DNA of 53,816 nucleotides, filler included, from Basidiobolus ranarum (Eukaryota): NCBI GenBank assembly GCA_040143965.1. It is 2 parts of 2 records of this genome, joined end to end, with 100 filler letters (N's around TTAATTAATTAA, not from the genome) between each part and the next. Parts side by side here need not be neighbours in the genome. Positions count along the whole stretch, not along the records: positions 1 to 26,925 come from JASJQH010000128.1; 1 more part is not named here. One strand, 5' to 3'. Shown piece by piece: positions 12,099 to 24,504 of this stretch (position 1 is its first letter; each line of letters starts with the position of its first letter). The notes under the pieces were generated by a model. It saw only the letters and a program-made list of their open reading frames with translations, ran no database searches and was not told where the DNA came from. The position numbers and the translations under genes were made by a program.

Positions 12099-12849
12099 TT
12101 AAGGCTTAGGGATTTTGAGGGATTTGCTTATCATCAAAGAACCGCTTATTGCATAAATTAATACCAAAGGGTGGAAGGCGTCTCGTTTTCCAACTTGATA
12201 AACACCATATGGTAGACTAGACTCAATGGCACCTTGTGAGACTAAATAGGAGAAGTAGGCGACAATAAACAGTGTAGTGGGTATAGGCGTGCCCTCAAAA
12301 TATTGAACTTTGCCAGCCGAATCCTTTGGTAAGGAGACTACAGTAGCATTATAACGAGCTAGGCGGGCCAGTCCACAAGAAATAAAGTAAACAAGCACAG
12401 GGATATCTAAAAAGCTATTTAACCCCAAAGCAAAGCCAAGGACAGCTGGGGCGATACCAAAAGAAATCTACATTTGAAAAGTGAAATATCGTTAAAGATA
12501 GTATTTCTTTTAAGTCAAATTATTTACGCATTACCAAATCAGCCAAAGAATCTAGTTCTTGACCCAATAAAGAAGTTTTTTTTCTCCAACGAGCCACTCT
12601 ACCATCCATGAAATCGAAGAAAGTTCCAACTGGTACGAGATACATCGCAAACCAAATATATGAAATGTCTTGTGTCATGAGGTAGTACATGGTAGAAAAA
12701 ATAGAAGAAGAGCCGCATACACCGTTAGCTAATGTTAGAAAGTCAGCAAGATGGAACTCACGCATCATTGCAAAATGATTATCAAAGTAGCCACTTTTTT
12801 CTTTCAAGTCTGAACTTGACTGATTTTTGGTATGTTTTGACCGTAGCAT
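12099..12849 (-). CDS. CHO1: CDP-diacylglycerol--serine O-phosphatidyltransferase (phosphatidylserine synthase), one intron about 12534-12468
   Basis: CDP-alcohol phosphotransferase motif DFMDGRVARWRKKTSLLGQELDSLADL, then ISFGIAPA, GLARLARYN, YFEGTPIP and SKSLKIPKP. Confidence 0.92.
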
Positions 12850-14099
12850 GATAAGAAGAAGACTAGGGGCTAAAGGTATCAACAACGGAATGAAAAGAAA
12901 ATTGCCAGCACCTTAAGTAGTGGAAGCTTTTAGATGGAATGTTGCCAAGAAGTAGAAAATTGGCATGCCGTTTTAAGAATCAATTTTTTCGGTAAAAGTT
13001 ATACTTGAACCATCTTTTCTAAGTAGCATTATATTGGGGAAGGAAGGCCATTAATTATTTTTGGTGATCCTTTCTGATAGCTCCAGAGAAATAAATTTTG
13101 ACAGTCAATAATCTAATTAATAATGACGACTAAATTTAGGCAATCCGGAATATTCTTGCTTTACCTATTTTGACAATGTGACTTGCCTTTCCACGATAAT
13201 CTAATTGAAATCGCATTTGTTTGTTCAAAATAGTGATGCTAAGTTCAAGTTGATCTAGAACCAGCAGAGACTGAAGAAACCCAGTACTAAGCAATGTATC
13301 GTTGACTTTTCTTGAGGTTACACTCTTATAAGAGTATCATCGTGAACAGGATCTGGTTGGTCCGCAACAAGGCAGCGTTGATCGTTAGCATTGTGAGTGG
13401 AATCAATGCCGTTATTGTGTTTGGTTTCACATGTGTAAATGAATATATGTACTTGGGTTTGTCTGATCCCACGATTAATTGGCATTAAGATAATATGGAG
13501 TGATACACAGCATTATCAACATTATTGTTGACTAATGATCATTCAGAATATGATATGAATGGGCCCGTGGACTCTGAATCACTACAAAGAGAAAGAATTG
13601 AGCCGGCTTCAATGCAAAAGTAAAGCTTGTGTAGAAGTTTTAAAATATTGAAAAGATAAATAGCCTTGGCATTCCAAAATAAAAAATATTTTTGACCTCT
13701 TGGTAGCTCTAAGGTAGTACCTAAGAAAGATGGAGGTGGTATTTCTATCATTTCTTGACTTGGTTAATTCCAGAAGTCAATAAGCATTTGATAGCCGGAA
13801 ATAATAGCTAGCGTGGAAAAATAATCCGTATACTCCCAACTACCTGCATAGACTTCATTCCCTAGTCTCAAAAGCAACCATTTGGGATATATGTATCAGG
13901 TATATGAATACCCAAAACTAATTCTGGGGAATTTTATTAAAAAAGTGGTTCTATTAATGGATTTTGTAGTTGTAACCATCTGGTTGAACTACAAGAAAAA
14001 TGATTAAAATTTGCTACGGTAAATGTGTTTCAAATGATTGAAATAGAACATGTTATGTGAATCAGAAGGTGGCTCATACTAGTTCAGGAGATGTACTTG

Positions 14100-16331
14100 T
14101 TAACATAGCTCACTCCACACCAAAGGAAGGAATACCACACAGGCGGTGTACAATACACTCACTGCTTTTATAATATTCAAAGGGAGATAGGCTACCGTTA
14201 AACCGATGTTCGCGGGCGTAATCTTCATACTGCTCTTGGATGATGTCTTGGAAGAAACCTCTTGGTAATCACTAGAGAAAGCATCGGGCGCACTAGGCCA
14301 CAAAGGAGCCAAGAGAATATGGAATATGATGCCATATACAGCGACAGCGTAGAAATGAAACATCAGGACCAGCGGATTGGGAATCAAACTAAAAATACAA
14401 TCGTAAGTAATTGTAAAATAGATGTTATGCCAGTATCTAGCTTACCCAGCAAGTAATCCAACAGGTCCGGAAATGGCAATCCCACCAAGTTGGAAATAGT
14501 TGAAGCAAGAGAGCTGTAGGATTCTCAAATTCTCGGCTATATTGGCAATGAGATTAGTGCTGTAGATAAAACATGTGGACGTTGAGATAATTACAATTTT
14601 CAGGAGCAGAGAAGAGGGCATAAAGAGCCATAGCAAGAATATTGATCATAGAAGCACGAGATTTACGGCTCCAGTGATGACTCTTCATTTGTTTGACAAC
14701 CAACGGAGAGTTGCTAAAATCAGGAACTTTTTCTCTTGATAGTAAATCAACGGTATGCACAACATCCCAAAAAGCGACAGTCATACCACCTACACTAAAT
14801 GTAAGCAACATACAGAGTTATGTAGAAGAGCGAGGTAAAACTAACCCCCAGTCAATGGATGTCTCATATTCATAGCATCACCGATCAAGATAACTCCTTC
14901 ATGAGTGTTCCGAGTAGGTGGGAGGAAGCTGTTTGTCATTGAACGAATGCGGTCATTTTCAATACCTTCTTTGAACCCTTGCTATCTCAAATTGTAAGAA
15001 TGTGAGGTGATGATAAGCCTTGATACAGAATGTGACGTACCTGAATTTGCTTGGGAACATCAGGAAGAACTTGTTCCAGCATGTAACGCTTAAAAAGGAA
15101 CGCAAGCTTAGTATGACCCATGAAGATAGATACGATCAACAATCAAATTTACCTTCATATCGCCGTTGGAAATACTTGGTAACTTGCCTTGTATATCAAC
15201 AAGAACACGGACTTCATTGCTACCAATCTTGAAGATAATTTAGAATGAGAGCTCAAAATGCATTAGCCTCCGCGAGATACTTACTTGATACATGAGAATT
15301 GGTGAATTACGAGCCAAAATAACGTGACCGTGATTAGGATATGGTAAAGTAGTGTTTTTCATAATAAATCTATATGTAAATAACTAGAGATGAGTATAAA
15401 AGTACGAGGAAAACAAAACTTCACTTTAGAACCATACCCAACAAAGTGTGATCTAAGTTTAGGTTGAACAGTGAGGTATTCCTTTCTAAATTTCGAAAAG
15501 ATTCCATCGGCAACAAATGTCAATGGCGCAAAGAACTATGCAAATTCGTAAAATATCTGTCTCAGTGACATTGCTTCTAGATAGTTTTTCTCATTTAACC
15601 TGTACCTTCAATTTTTTCTCTTCATTGTCATTCTTTTGAGTACAACCAACACCTATGACCCGACCAGTGTTATCTTTGATTAAATCATTGACAGTGGCCT
15701 CTAGCGACGTGACACTATTATTGGAATATACTGTTTAACACACTGTAATAAAATACACTAAAAATTGAAATTCTCACTTAGCACAGCCCTTGGCAGCTTC
15801 ACGTAGTTTCATAACGAAACGACCATGATGGAAAGATTTGCCTAAAACAGTACGACCTTCACTGTCTTTAGGGTAAGGAATATTCACAGCTTTACCACGG
15901 TACATAACACCATAGCCGTGAACAGGAATACCATCAATATCTTCAATACATCCTGAAACCAAGATGTTAATCTAGGTAAGTAAAACAAGAGCCATATTTT
16001 CAAAGTTACCAGCCAAGCCTAATTTTTCCAAAGCTTGAACACCACCCGGTTGGAGTAGTTCGCCAACAATTCTATCAGGCTCTTCCCAGTTTTTTTCTGC
16101 TCATTGAGTATTTAGTAAATCAGAAGCATTCGTAAAAAAGTAATAACATGTTGCCTTACCAATCAATAGGACTTTTCTACCATCGTTAGCCAAAGCATAA
16201 GCTAAGACGGGACCAATGATACCAGCACCGACAATAATAACCTCGTATTCTTGAGTCTACAAGACGACCGAAAATAAATAATAAGCAACATAGAATGAAT
16301 ATATAACGTCCGTAAAAAACAATCTCACCAT
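14100..16331 (-). CDS. ERG1: Squalene epoxidase (FAD monooxygenase), many introns; first coding exon is only ATG (16331-16329)
   Basis: VIIVGAGIIG dinucleotide motif, EPDRIVGELLQPGG, SFHHGRFVMKLR, APLTFVADGIFSKFR, GDAMNMRHPLTGGGMTVAF, INILAMALYALF and two C-terminal hydrophobic helices. Confidence 0.95.
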
Positions 16332-17094
16332 GCTAAAAGGAATTGTATTAAAAGGCCAAGGCGGACAAGCGTGACAAGAAAAGTGAAGTGAGGTCAGTAC
16401 TTAAAACAAAACCTATAAAACATGGTACATGTGAAAATCATATGATTTTTTAAGTACAGAAAATTTATAGATCATATTCAATCGATAGCAACAATTCAAG
16501 GATTGAAAAATTAAACACTTCTTTTTGAGCCTAGATTTTGAAGTGTACCAAGTATCACATCACCAATTTCGATCCACCCAGGACTGAGGTTTTCACCTTT
16601 TTGATGACTTACAGCAGCCTCGATCTAGAGGCAGTCCTCCACTTATCGAATATGTAGCTTAAGGCAGGAATTGGCCTTATCGAGGATCTGATTTAACTTT
16701 AAACAGCTTTTGGTAGATATGAGACCCTCAATCCATTCTGTCGAATCGCCTTCCGGGTAAATATGGAAATTCGGCCTCAAAACATGGAAGCATTAAACGT
16801 CTTGTCAAGTTACGACTTCAAGCGAAGTATGGCAAGACAATAAAAGTAATATGAGCTCCTGTTCAATGACAGCAGAGCTATGAATCTCATTGATTAGTAA
16901 ACACCAATGATAGATTATGTACTACATTTGTCGCTATCTATGTCGGCTAGCAACCCATCTGACGAATCATGAGCCACACAGACAGGAACTGAAGGTGCCA
17001 AGTAATATAATAATTGCTATTGGTGACACAGTCTATACATGGCTTCCAAACCACTAGTTGCGATTATAACCATAATCACACATGCTGATCGCCA

Positions 17095-17210
17095 CCCCTC
17101 CCGCCAAAAGCCTCGACCAATAACGTGGCGTGATCTGCCTCTTTTCGGACTGCAACAAACGTATTTCGTTGGGTGATACGTGTAGTGATTTGAATGATCT
17201 GTTTATTGGT
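17095..17210 (-). promoter_or_regulatory. Cluster of SRE-like (ATCACnnCAC) elements with flanking CCAAT boxes upstream of ERG1
   Basis: Minus strand ATCACGCCAC (17125-17134), ATCACCCAAC (17168-17177) and ATCACTACAC (17180-17189). CCAAT at 17117-17121 and ATTGG near 17206. Confidence 0.4.
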
Positions 17211-17350
17211 GTCAAAATTCAAAAACTCCCATTTGACGCATAGATCAAGAAACTGATTTCAGTGAATAAATACAAGAGAAACAGTGCAATAACAAAACCA
17301 TTTAGGAAGAATTAATAAAATTTGGTTCGTATCTTAATAAATAATTAGAT

Positions 17351-18444
17351 CTATTTCGTTTTCTGTTTATCCTCAAGAGTAGTCACCATATCGTCCACTT
17401 CTTTGGCTTGCTTAACATAGACTGATTTGGAGCTACGAAGCTCTGTGTTGTAAATTTCGTCGCTAGGCTTGCGATAGGATCCTCCAATACGATCCCAGAG
17501 GGTAAAGTACTGTCCGTAATTGTAGTTGAAATAAAGATGATGGACAGTATGATGCGCAGCACTATTAATCACGGGATCATGTGTGAAGTACTCCCCTAAG
17601 AGAATATGAAGATCATTATCAAGTCATCAAGCTAAATGATAGATATCTCAAGACTAACCATCATGGATCAATATAGACCAAATCTGAACCAGGAGAAAGA
17701 GAACAAGGTAGAGAATCTTGTGCATGGGGAAAAGAAACACGCAGATATGGTAGGGTAGTGACTGTGCCCAGCCGTCGACAGGATGGAAAGCAATTGAAGC
17801 AAAAGGAGTTGGGACTGTAGGAAAGAGCAGGGTTAACAAAGGTTGCCACACATGTGAGTCTAACTATGAATAAAGATACATACCAATCCACTTGTGATGA
17901 GGCTGTAAATCATATGATTTTTTTACATTTAGTAAGAACAAAAAGGATAGAAGTACTAGGAGCAAAGAATGTATACCTTATGAAGTCTGGCATATACAGA
18001 TTTGTGATGTAATCCGCGATGAATCCAGTAGATCCCAAAGTCAGTGATAAAAAGAAACAATGCAATACTGAAGAAAAGATAGGGCCACCCGTACTCATCG
18101 ACACTTTCGTAGAGCTGAGAGTAGCCGCGGACTTCGAGTATGAAGAAGGGAGCTGTCAAGAGTGCCATTAAAGGAATAGAATCGGTAGCCATCTTAATTT
18201 CCTGATTAACTTGATCCTTTAGGAAGCGTGGGTGATTCATTTGTCGTTTATCAAAAAACAGGTGAAAAGATAGAGTGGAAAAAACCATATACAGAGTGTA
18301 GGCACCAAAAGCGGCAAGGAATAAAAGGCTACTAAACTGACGCAAAAGGGCATCTCTAGAAACATCTGGTAGCCCAACAACAGTAAAGGCGGAATATACC
18401 TGGTCAAAGACATATTCATCTGCTACCCACAGCACAACATCCAT
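17351..18444 (-). CDS. ERG3: Sterol C-5 desaturase, copy B (exons 18444-17977, 17902-17884, 17814-17659, 17595-17351)
   Basis: Same three His boxes and the same intron positions as copy A. Ends in EDKQKTK*. Confidence 0.95.
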
Positions 18445-19748
18445 TATTACAATAAGTAGATTTTCACTGCAAATACGAAAGAGAGAACAAGGATTATTCC
18501 TAGGTATCAACTACTTTTATCGCTGATATTTAAAAAAGGCCCAGCGAAATAGACACTCACAAATGGATCTTTTCCCAACAAAATGGAATTCAGGTATTGT
18601 TGTAGTAGCTATTTACTTGATTATTAGCTAATGGCGTGTTACTTTAACAGTACAGAGAATTTTTTTGAACACTTGATTGGTATGAGCCAATTATTTATGG
18701 GTAACTGAAATTCTTAATCCATAAACATGTGAGAAGCCTTAATTAAAGTTCCTGATTGAAAGCCATTCAGTTTCTTCCGATGAATATTCCGAAAAAAACT
18801 ATATCGGGACAATTATTACCGAGGCAGTTTCATTGATAGGGTACTCTTTACATTACTGATGCAAATTCCTGCTGCTAATTATTGTGTGCCTAACTCTAAG
18901 CCAAATTACATACCTCTTGAGTATGATGTTGGTGGCAACGCACGATATTTTAGCCCCTTACAGGTAGAATTTTAATCACCGTTTGAAAAGGCCTAACCTT
19001 GAGTGCCTTGTACTTTCATGAGTTTTTGAATATATTTTATTGGTTTACTCCTTAAGTTTTGTGGAATATGGAGGAGACAATGTCTTGGCATTTCATCAAT
19101 ATCTCAAGTACAACTGTTTGACTTCGAAAGGCATGGCCTTGGGTTGGATCGTGTCACCAAATACTGACTAACTGCTGATGGACCAGAATACTCACAAAGT
19201 CAGGATGACATTTTAGGCATCTATTGCCAAGAGAATGTGGAATTTCCCAAGTCTGGCTAGTATTCTTGATGGCGCCAAGTCACACAGTATATAGAGCTTG
19301 ACACCCTGCAGTGGATATGCATGTAATATACAACAGAGTATTCGCAACTAATTCAATTGATACAAAGTAGCCTAGTCATTTATTAGCTTCATGGATTTCT
19401 ACTCATTCGTTATGCCAGCTAGTTATACATATTCACTCAGGAACTGGGTAAAGCCACATGATCATTGCGTAAATCTGAGAATATGACAGCAGCTCTTTGT
19501 GCCAAAATACGAGTATATTCTTTATGATGAAAGGATAATATGAATGAGATTATATAACAGATGGGTTCTTCTTGTTAGTTGACTGTGTGTAAACATACGG
19601 AAGCTTTAGATTTCTAGAATTCAGAGTATATGGTAAGACTGAAATATGACACGATCAACATGGCGTTAAATAAATACAATTAGGCTGAGGAATTGAGAGC
19701 CCAAGATGAACTAGAGTTGATATGTGTTAGATTGTCCAGACAAAACGA

Positions 19749-19997
19749 TCAGCGAGTGAACTGAGTCATGACTAATAGTTGTTTGTGTCTGACTGCAAGG
19801 TTCCAGTGATAGCAGGCTTCGTTATATGTCAGAGGTCGTCCATTGAGATGAAAAGGTAAAGATGTACTCTCCACGAGGCCAATCATTTCTTTCTTCCCGT
19901 TAATCGAGTGGTCAGATCCTCCGCTATCAATGCTTGTGCCTTCGCTTAAAGTAACGTCGTTAAAAGACTCAATAAGAGGACTGAGATTATAAGACAT
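19749..19997 (-). CDS. Small hypothetical protein (82 aa)
   Basis: ATG-initiated ORF with protein-like composition in an otherwise ORF-poor region. No recognisable family. Confidence 0.35.
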   Translation of the reverse strand: MSYNLSPLIESFNDVTLSEGTSIDSGGSDHSINGKKEMIGLVESTSLPFHLNGRPLTYNEACYHWNLAVRHKQLLVMTQFTR

Positions 19998-22037
19998 TAT
20001 AGTTTGTGAGTTAGAGGATGATGGGGGAAATGAGAAACTCCACTCAGTTAAATACTCTAAATGATCTGCAACTATCTTTCCTTCAACTAGTTGATCGATT
20101 TAGAATCATTTTGACTTGGACCAATATATGACCCTGGTCCTACCCGAAATTTTGGGGAATCCTCACGTGTATCTCGCATCTCTTCATAACTATACTCCTA
20201 TTCCTTAACTAGCTAAACAACTAGCCCCAGCGATATATTGATCGTATGATTGATAACATGTACCCAGGCTTCCCCAGTCCTATTTGACTTGGATCTCACA
20301 TGAAGAATGCTTAAGCAGTATCACGCCTTTGGTCAAGTTTCGGTTGCTTGATCTGCCACTACCCTGAATGTCAAGCATACTGTAGAGCCATGAGAATCAA
20401 ATCTAGTAATATTTCTTAGTGTGAGGGGAGCGCGAGTCGTAAGAGTTTGGGCTTGCACTTCGATATGTAGCTTATATTGAGCAGCTCCACTCTCATAACA
20501 CCAAAAGAATGCTGGTATGGCTGAAATGAAAGATATGGTGTGAGAATAGTCTCTCTTTCAAGCGGGATATCTCCTCTTCACGCCTCATTCATCCAGTAAT
20601 ATTATATTTCAAGCTACATAACTGGGCGATCCCAGGAATTCTTAAACTCGGTAACACCAATCATTCATTGATTAGAGTTGGCTCGAGTTTAATATGTTTC
20701 TAAAAAAGGCAATTTAATAGAATATGATCACCAAGACCGATATATCTATTTATGTTTCTAGCGATGACAAAGTGAGTGATCTTGGTGTATTGGAGTGTCT
20801 TTATTGAGTGAATCAGTGTTGTATAAGCTTGGTCTATATCGAGATCCGTTCTTTTTTTGGTGCCATGTCAGCTTACATTTAACTTCGACTTGTTCTTATT
20901 ATTGGAAAAGATGCTTACGAATCACTTGTTATACAAATACCTAGTCACTGTTTATGTAATTCCTGATATTATTCAAATAGTATAAAAATCTTAGTATAAT
21001 CTCCATGGTCCATTCTTCACCAATGATATGTCTGTACGTTTACTGTTAGCGCAAGATATTTGGGCTGGAGGCTAAGCAAGCACGCCAAATCTCTTCCGCG
21101 TATCCATATAAATCATTGGTTCACAGATTGACCGGGTCATCGGTGCGAACTATTGCTGTTGGCCTCACATGGGCTGGATCATCTATTCCATAGAGACTAT
21201 GTTATGGTGACAATTATGTATTTTGTATACCGATGGCATTGTAAACAAAATTTAGTGAATGCATCATTGTTTCTAATCCGAATTCTGGTTTAAAGGCATG
21301 TGCGTAGGATCGAGACGAATCCCAAATGATATTACTTGACGACCAGGCATAGGCTTGAGAGTATTCTATTCTTTACTATAATAACTGATCAACCTTTCAT
21401 ATGTGCATGCAAGGTATATAGCAAAGAAGTTAGTCAAATAAGAATCAACTAATACCAAGGCGCATTCCCTGCTGCATCAGTGGCTTTACATTATCAAGGA
21501 TACATATCTACTACTCGAAACCTCTACTTAGTCAACCATAACCATGAATGGAGATTGCATTTACTGCTACGAATCCCAAACAGCATTTTAATTTGTAAAT
21601 AAGATGGTTTTCTTTAGTCCTACTTGGGTGCAAATCGCAATACCCGAACCACATGATATGTATTTCAGTAAATAATGTCTCAGATGATATGATGTCCTGG
21701 GTGGGGGCCCAGGAGTCAAGATTCGGATACAGCCAATATGGAGTCAAGTAAAGTTACTGCTTAATATAGATGTTGCCAATATAGCAATAGCAATACTTAC
21801 TGCTAATTCTATTAGGAGACGACCGCACCCTAGTGCAACAACAGCGCCATTTGCCTGGATAATGGGCACCCTAATTCGGGAAGGGTACCGCAATAAGCAA
21901 TAAAATGAGTACTACCACTCTTTGAATATGTTCGTGTTATTGATGGAGAAAGTCGACTATAAAACCGATTTGGTTCGTCCAGTTATATTCCAACCAACTT
22001 TATTTCATTGTTAATCGCTTTGATATTCTTACTTCCA

Positions 22038-22599
22038 ATGATGTTTTTTTACAGTTTATTCGCTCTACCCCTAGCTGTACTATCCCTTCCCCATAGTCAC
22101 AAAAACACTACGACTTCTTTGAAGGGACCTAACGCCAAAAGTTTCAGTAACGATAAAATCGTTTTGCCTGATAGTATCGAATTTACCTTATTCGTAGATA
22201 ACGATGGCAATGGGGCTTCCTGGAGCACTTCAGTTCAAAGTGGTAAGTTATACCCTTTTACATCAACATTCAAACTTAAGTAACATATATTGCTAGATTG
22301 TGTCCGTATTCCGGATGAGCTCAACAATCAAACATCCGCCCTGAGTCTGAAGAGCAATGGCTGTATCAATCTCTATGATGATGAAAATTGTGGTAGCGCT
22401 ATTGGATATTACTGCTATAGCAACCAAGAAGTCACTAATGTGTCTCAAGATATCAATGACAGAGCCGGCTCAGGTAACTTACCTCTTAGCAAGATCACCT
22501 CTAAATTATTCGACTAAATTTATTTTTATTATAACAGTTCATCGTTGTTCTTATGTACCCTCACCTATTGAGATCAAGGATCCTTGTGAAATCTATTAA
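22038..22599 (+). CDS. Small secreted Cys-containing beta/gamma-crystallin-like protein (exons 22038-22242, 22297-22473, 22538-22599)
   Basis: Signal peptide MMFFYSLFALPLAVLS. Two Greek-key-like units: TLFVDNDGNG...LNNQTSALSL and NLYDDENCGS...INDRAGSV. GT-AG introns join three ORF fragments in frame. TATA-like ctataaaa near 21957. Confidence 0.75.
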
Positions 22600-23249
22600 C
22601 TATTTAAACCTACGCGAAGTGAGTTTAGCCTCAGCCGACTATATATATTGAGAGACTTGTTATTGGAGTAGTATAATGTATCAGAGTACAACAATATGTT
22701 ATTTGGAGATTTTAGATAAATTATCCAATAAAATGTAGATGTGTGAAAGGTCAGACTGGTAAATAACGAATATGAATTATACACGTTAGTTTATCAACTA
22801 ATTGAGCAAATGTCTCCAAGAAGGTTTCTTCATCCTAAATCATGTTTACGAGTAGCCTACCTGCCTTATAGGCTTATAAAACCTGACCCCTATTCTGGAT
22901 ATGCTGTTCATTGGCTGATAAGAACACAAATGGTGATTTCTGTTGGATCAGCAACGCAATCAGGAGTCCAAGTTTTAATAGATGTTGTGTAGCATTTTTG
23001 ATATGCTGTATTATAGTGCATGAGCAATAAAACAAACAATTAAGTAAAGTGTCTAATGATATGCATTAACAATCGTGCATCGATTGATATGATAGAAATA
23101 CAGACAGAAAGTGGTCTAGTTATTCTTTGTCCAAAGTAGATGTCACTTAAGCAATGAAATTAGAGTTTATGCGATCGCTTCTATAATGTGAAACGATAAT
23201 CCAGTTTAATGTTACTCTAGTAGCTGTGGAAAGATGATTGCTAAGCACC

Positions 23250-23950
23250 GAGCTATTGTGTATGTTATTGTCAACTCATTTTATGTAGTATTGACTAAAA
23301 TTCACGATTAATAAAAATGGCCAATGAGAGTAATTCATACAACCCAACTAAAGCCAAGTTGCCTGACTATCAGCAACAATACTGTGAATTCAATGTAATT
23401 CAAATTCACACTCAATCAAAGCGAAAGAACATATATATATAAATACATACTATTCCCCTCGCAACAGTAATTAGTTTCACAGAGTCTCCAAATATTGAAG
23501 AAAACCTAAAACTCTACGAATTAATCTGAACATATCACTTTGTCAACTCAAGACCTATAACTATTCTGATTTGTATGAAGTTGTAGTAGCCTATAAGATT
23601 GACATTCACATTCTGGTTAATCATTTAGTAAGTGGTTTGGAGATACTACATTGCATATATATACATATGCTTGTATAATTATATGTAGTTGGTTTAGTGG
23701 TATCTAGGGAACCTACTCTACCATTAGAATCATCATATCTCTAAGCTTTACAAGTCTAAACATTCTGAACATACAACTGTAGTTTGGTATGTACTTTGGT
23801 GAATTTTTTTAGGCATGTCGGTAATATCTGCTCAATTAATATAAAGTTATTAGAAAAAAATCTTCCCAAACAACAGGAACCATGTCTGATTATGATAAGC
23901 TTGATATTAAAAAGTTAACACTAGCAGGAAAAGTTGAAACTCCAAACAAT
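23250..23950 (+). mobile_element. Possible very decayed copia reverse transcriptase remnant
   Basis: Faint colinear echoes of LKKSLY (about 23495), ILIYVDD (about 23560) and DLG..Y (about 23635). No open frame. Confidence 0.25.
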
Positions 23951-24504
23951 ATAACCTCAACTTTGAGCAATACTTGTGTGGCTTATTAGTATGGATAATC
24001 AAGATATATCTGCATAGTTTGTGCAAAAAATGTGAGAGAATGAGGGTAAGAATAAGGGAATATCAGGTCGTGGATACTCCAAATGACTGCCCTGGAAGAG
24101 GGAGGAGTTGGAGTAGCTGCTTCATAGACCCCTGGTACTTTTGTCGTCCCGAGGAGAGTCCCCAATGCCTATTGAAGCTGTGAAGTTTCCTTCAATAAAA
24201 ACATTAATTGCTGAATGAGCCTGTTATTTCGTGATCAGTCTCAGGTTTATTTAAACAAATCAATGTCTTCTCAATGTGAGTCTATTTAGATGATTCTTTA
24301 ATGGTTATTACTTGCTCCCATGAGTTTAGTTTTCGGACTTGATTGTGAAATCATCTGATACTTATTATCTTAAATTTTGGTGGTGATGATCAAAATTAAG
24401 TCACGTGATTATTCCGATTCATGCTGACGTACGGTGAGGAGAAACCAAGACAACAGAAAAGAGACAAAAGTGACCTACGTATTTACAAACGACACATTCA
24501 CAAA

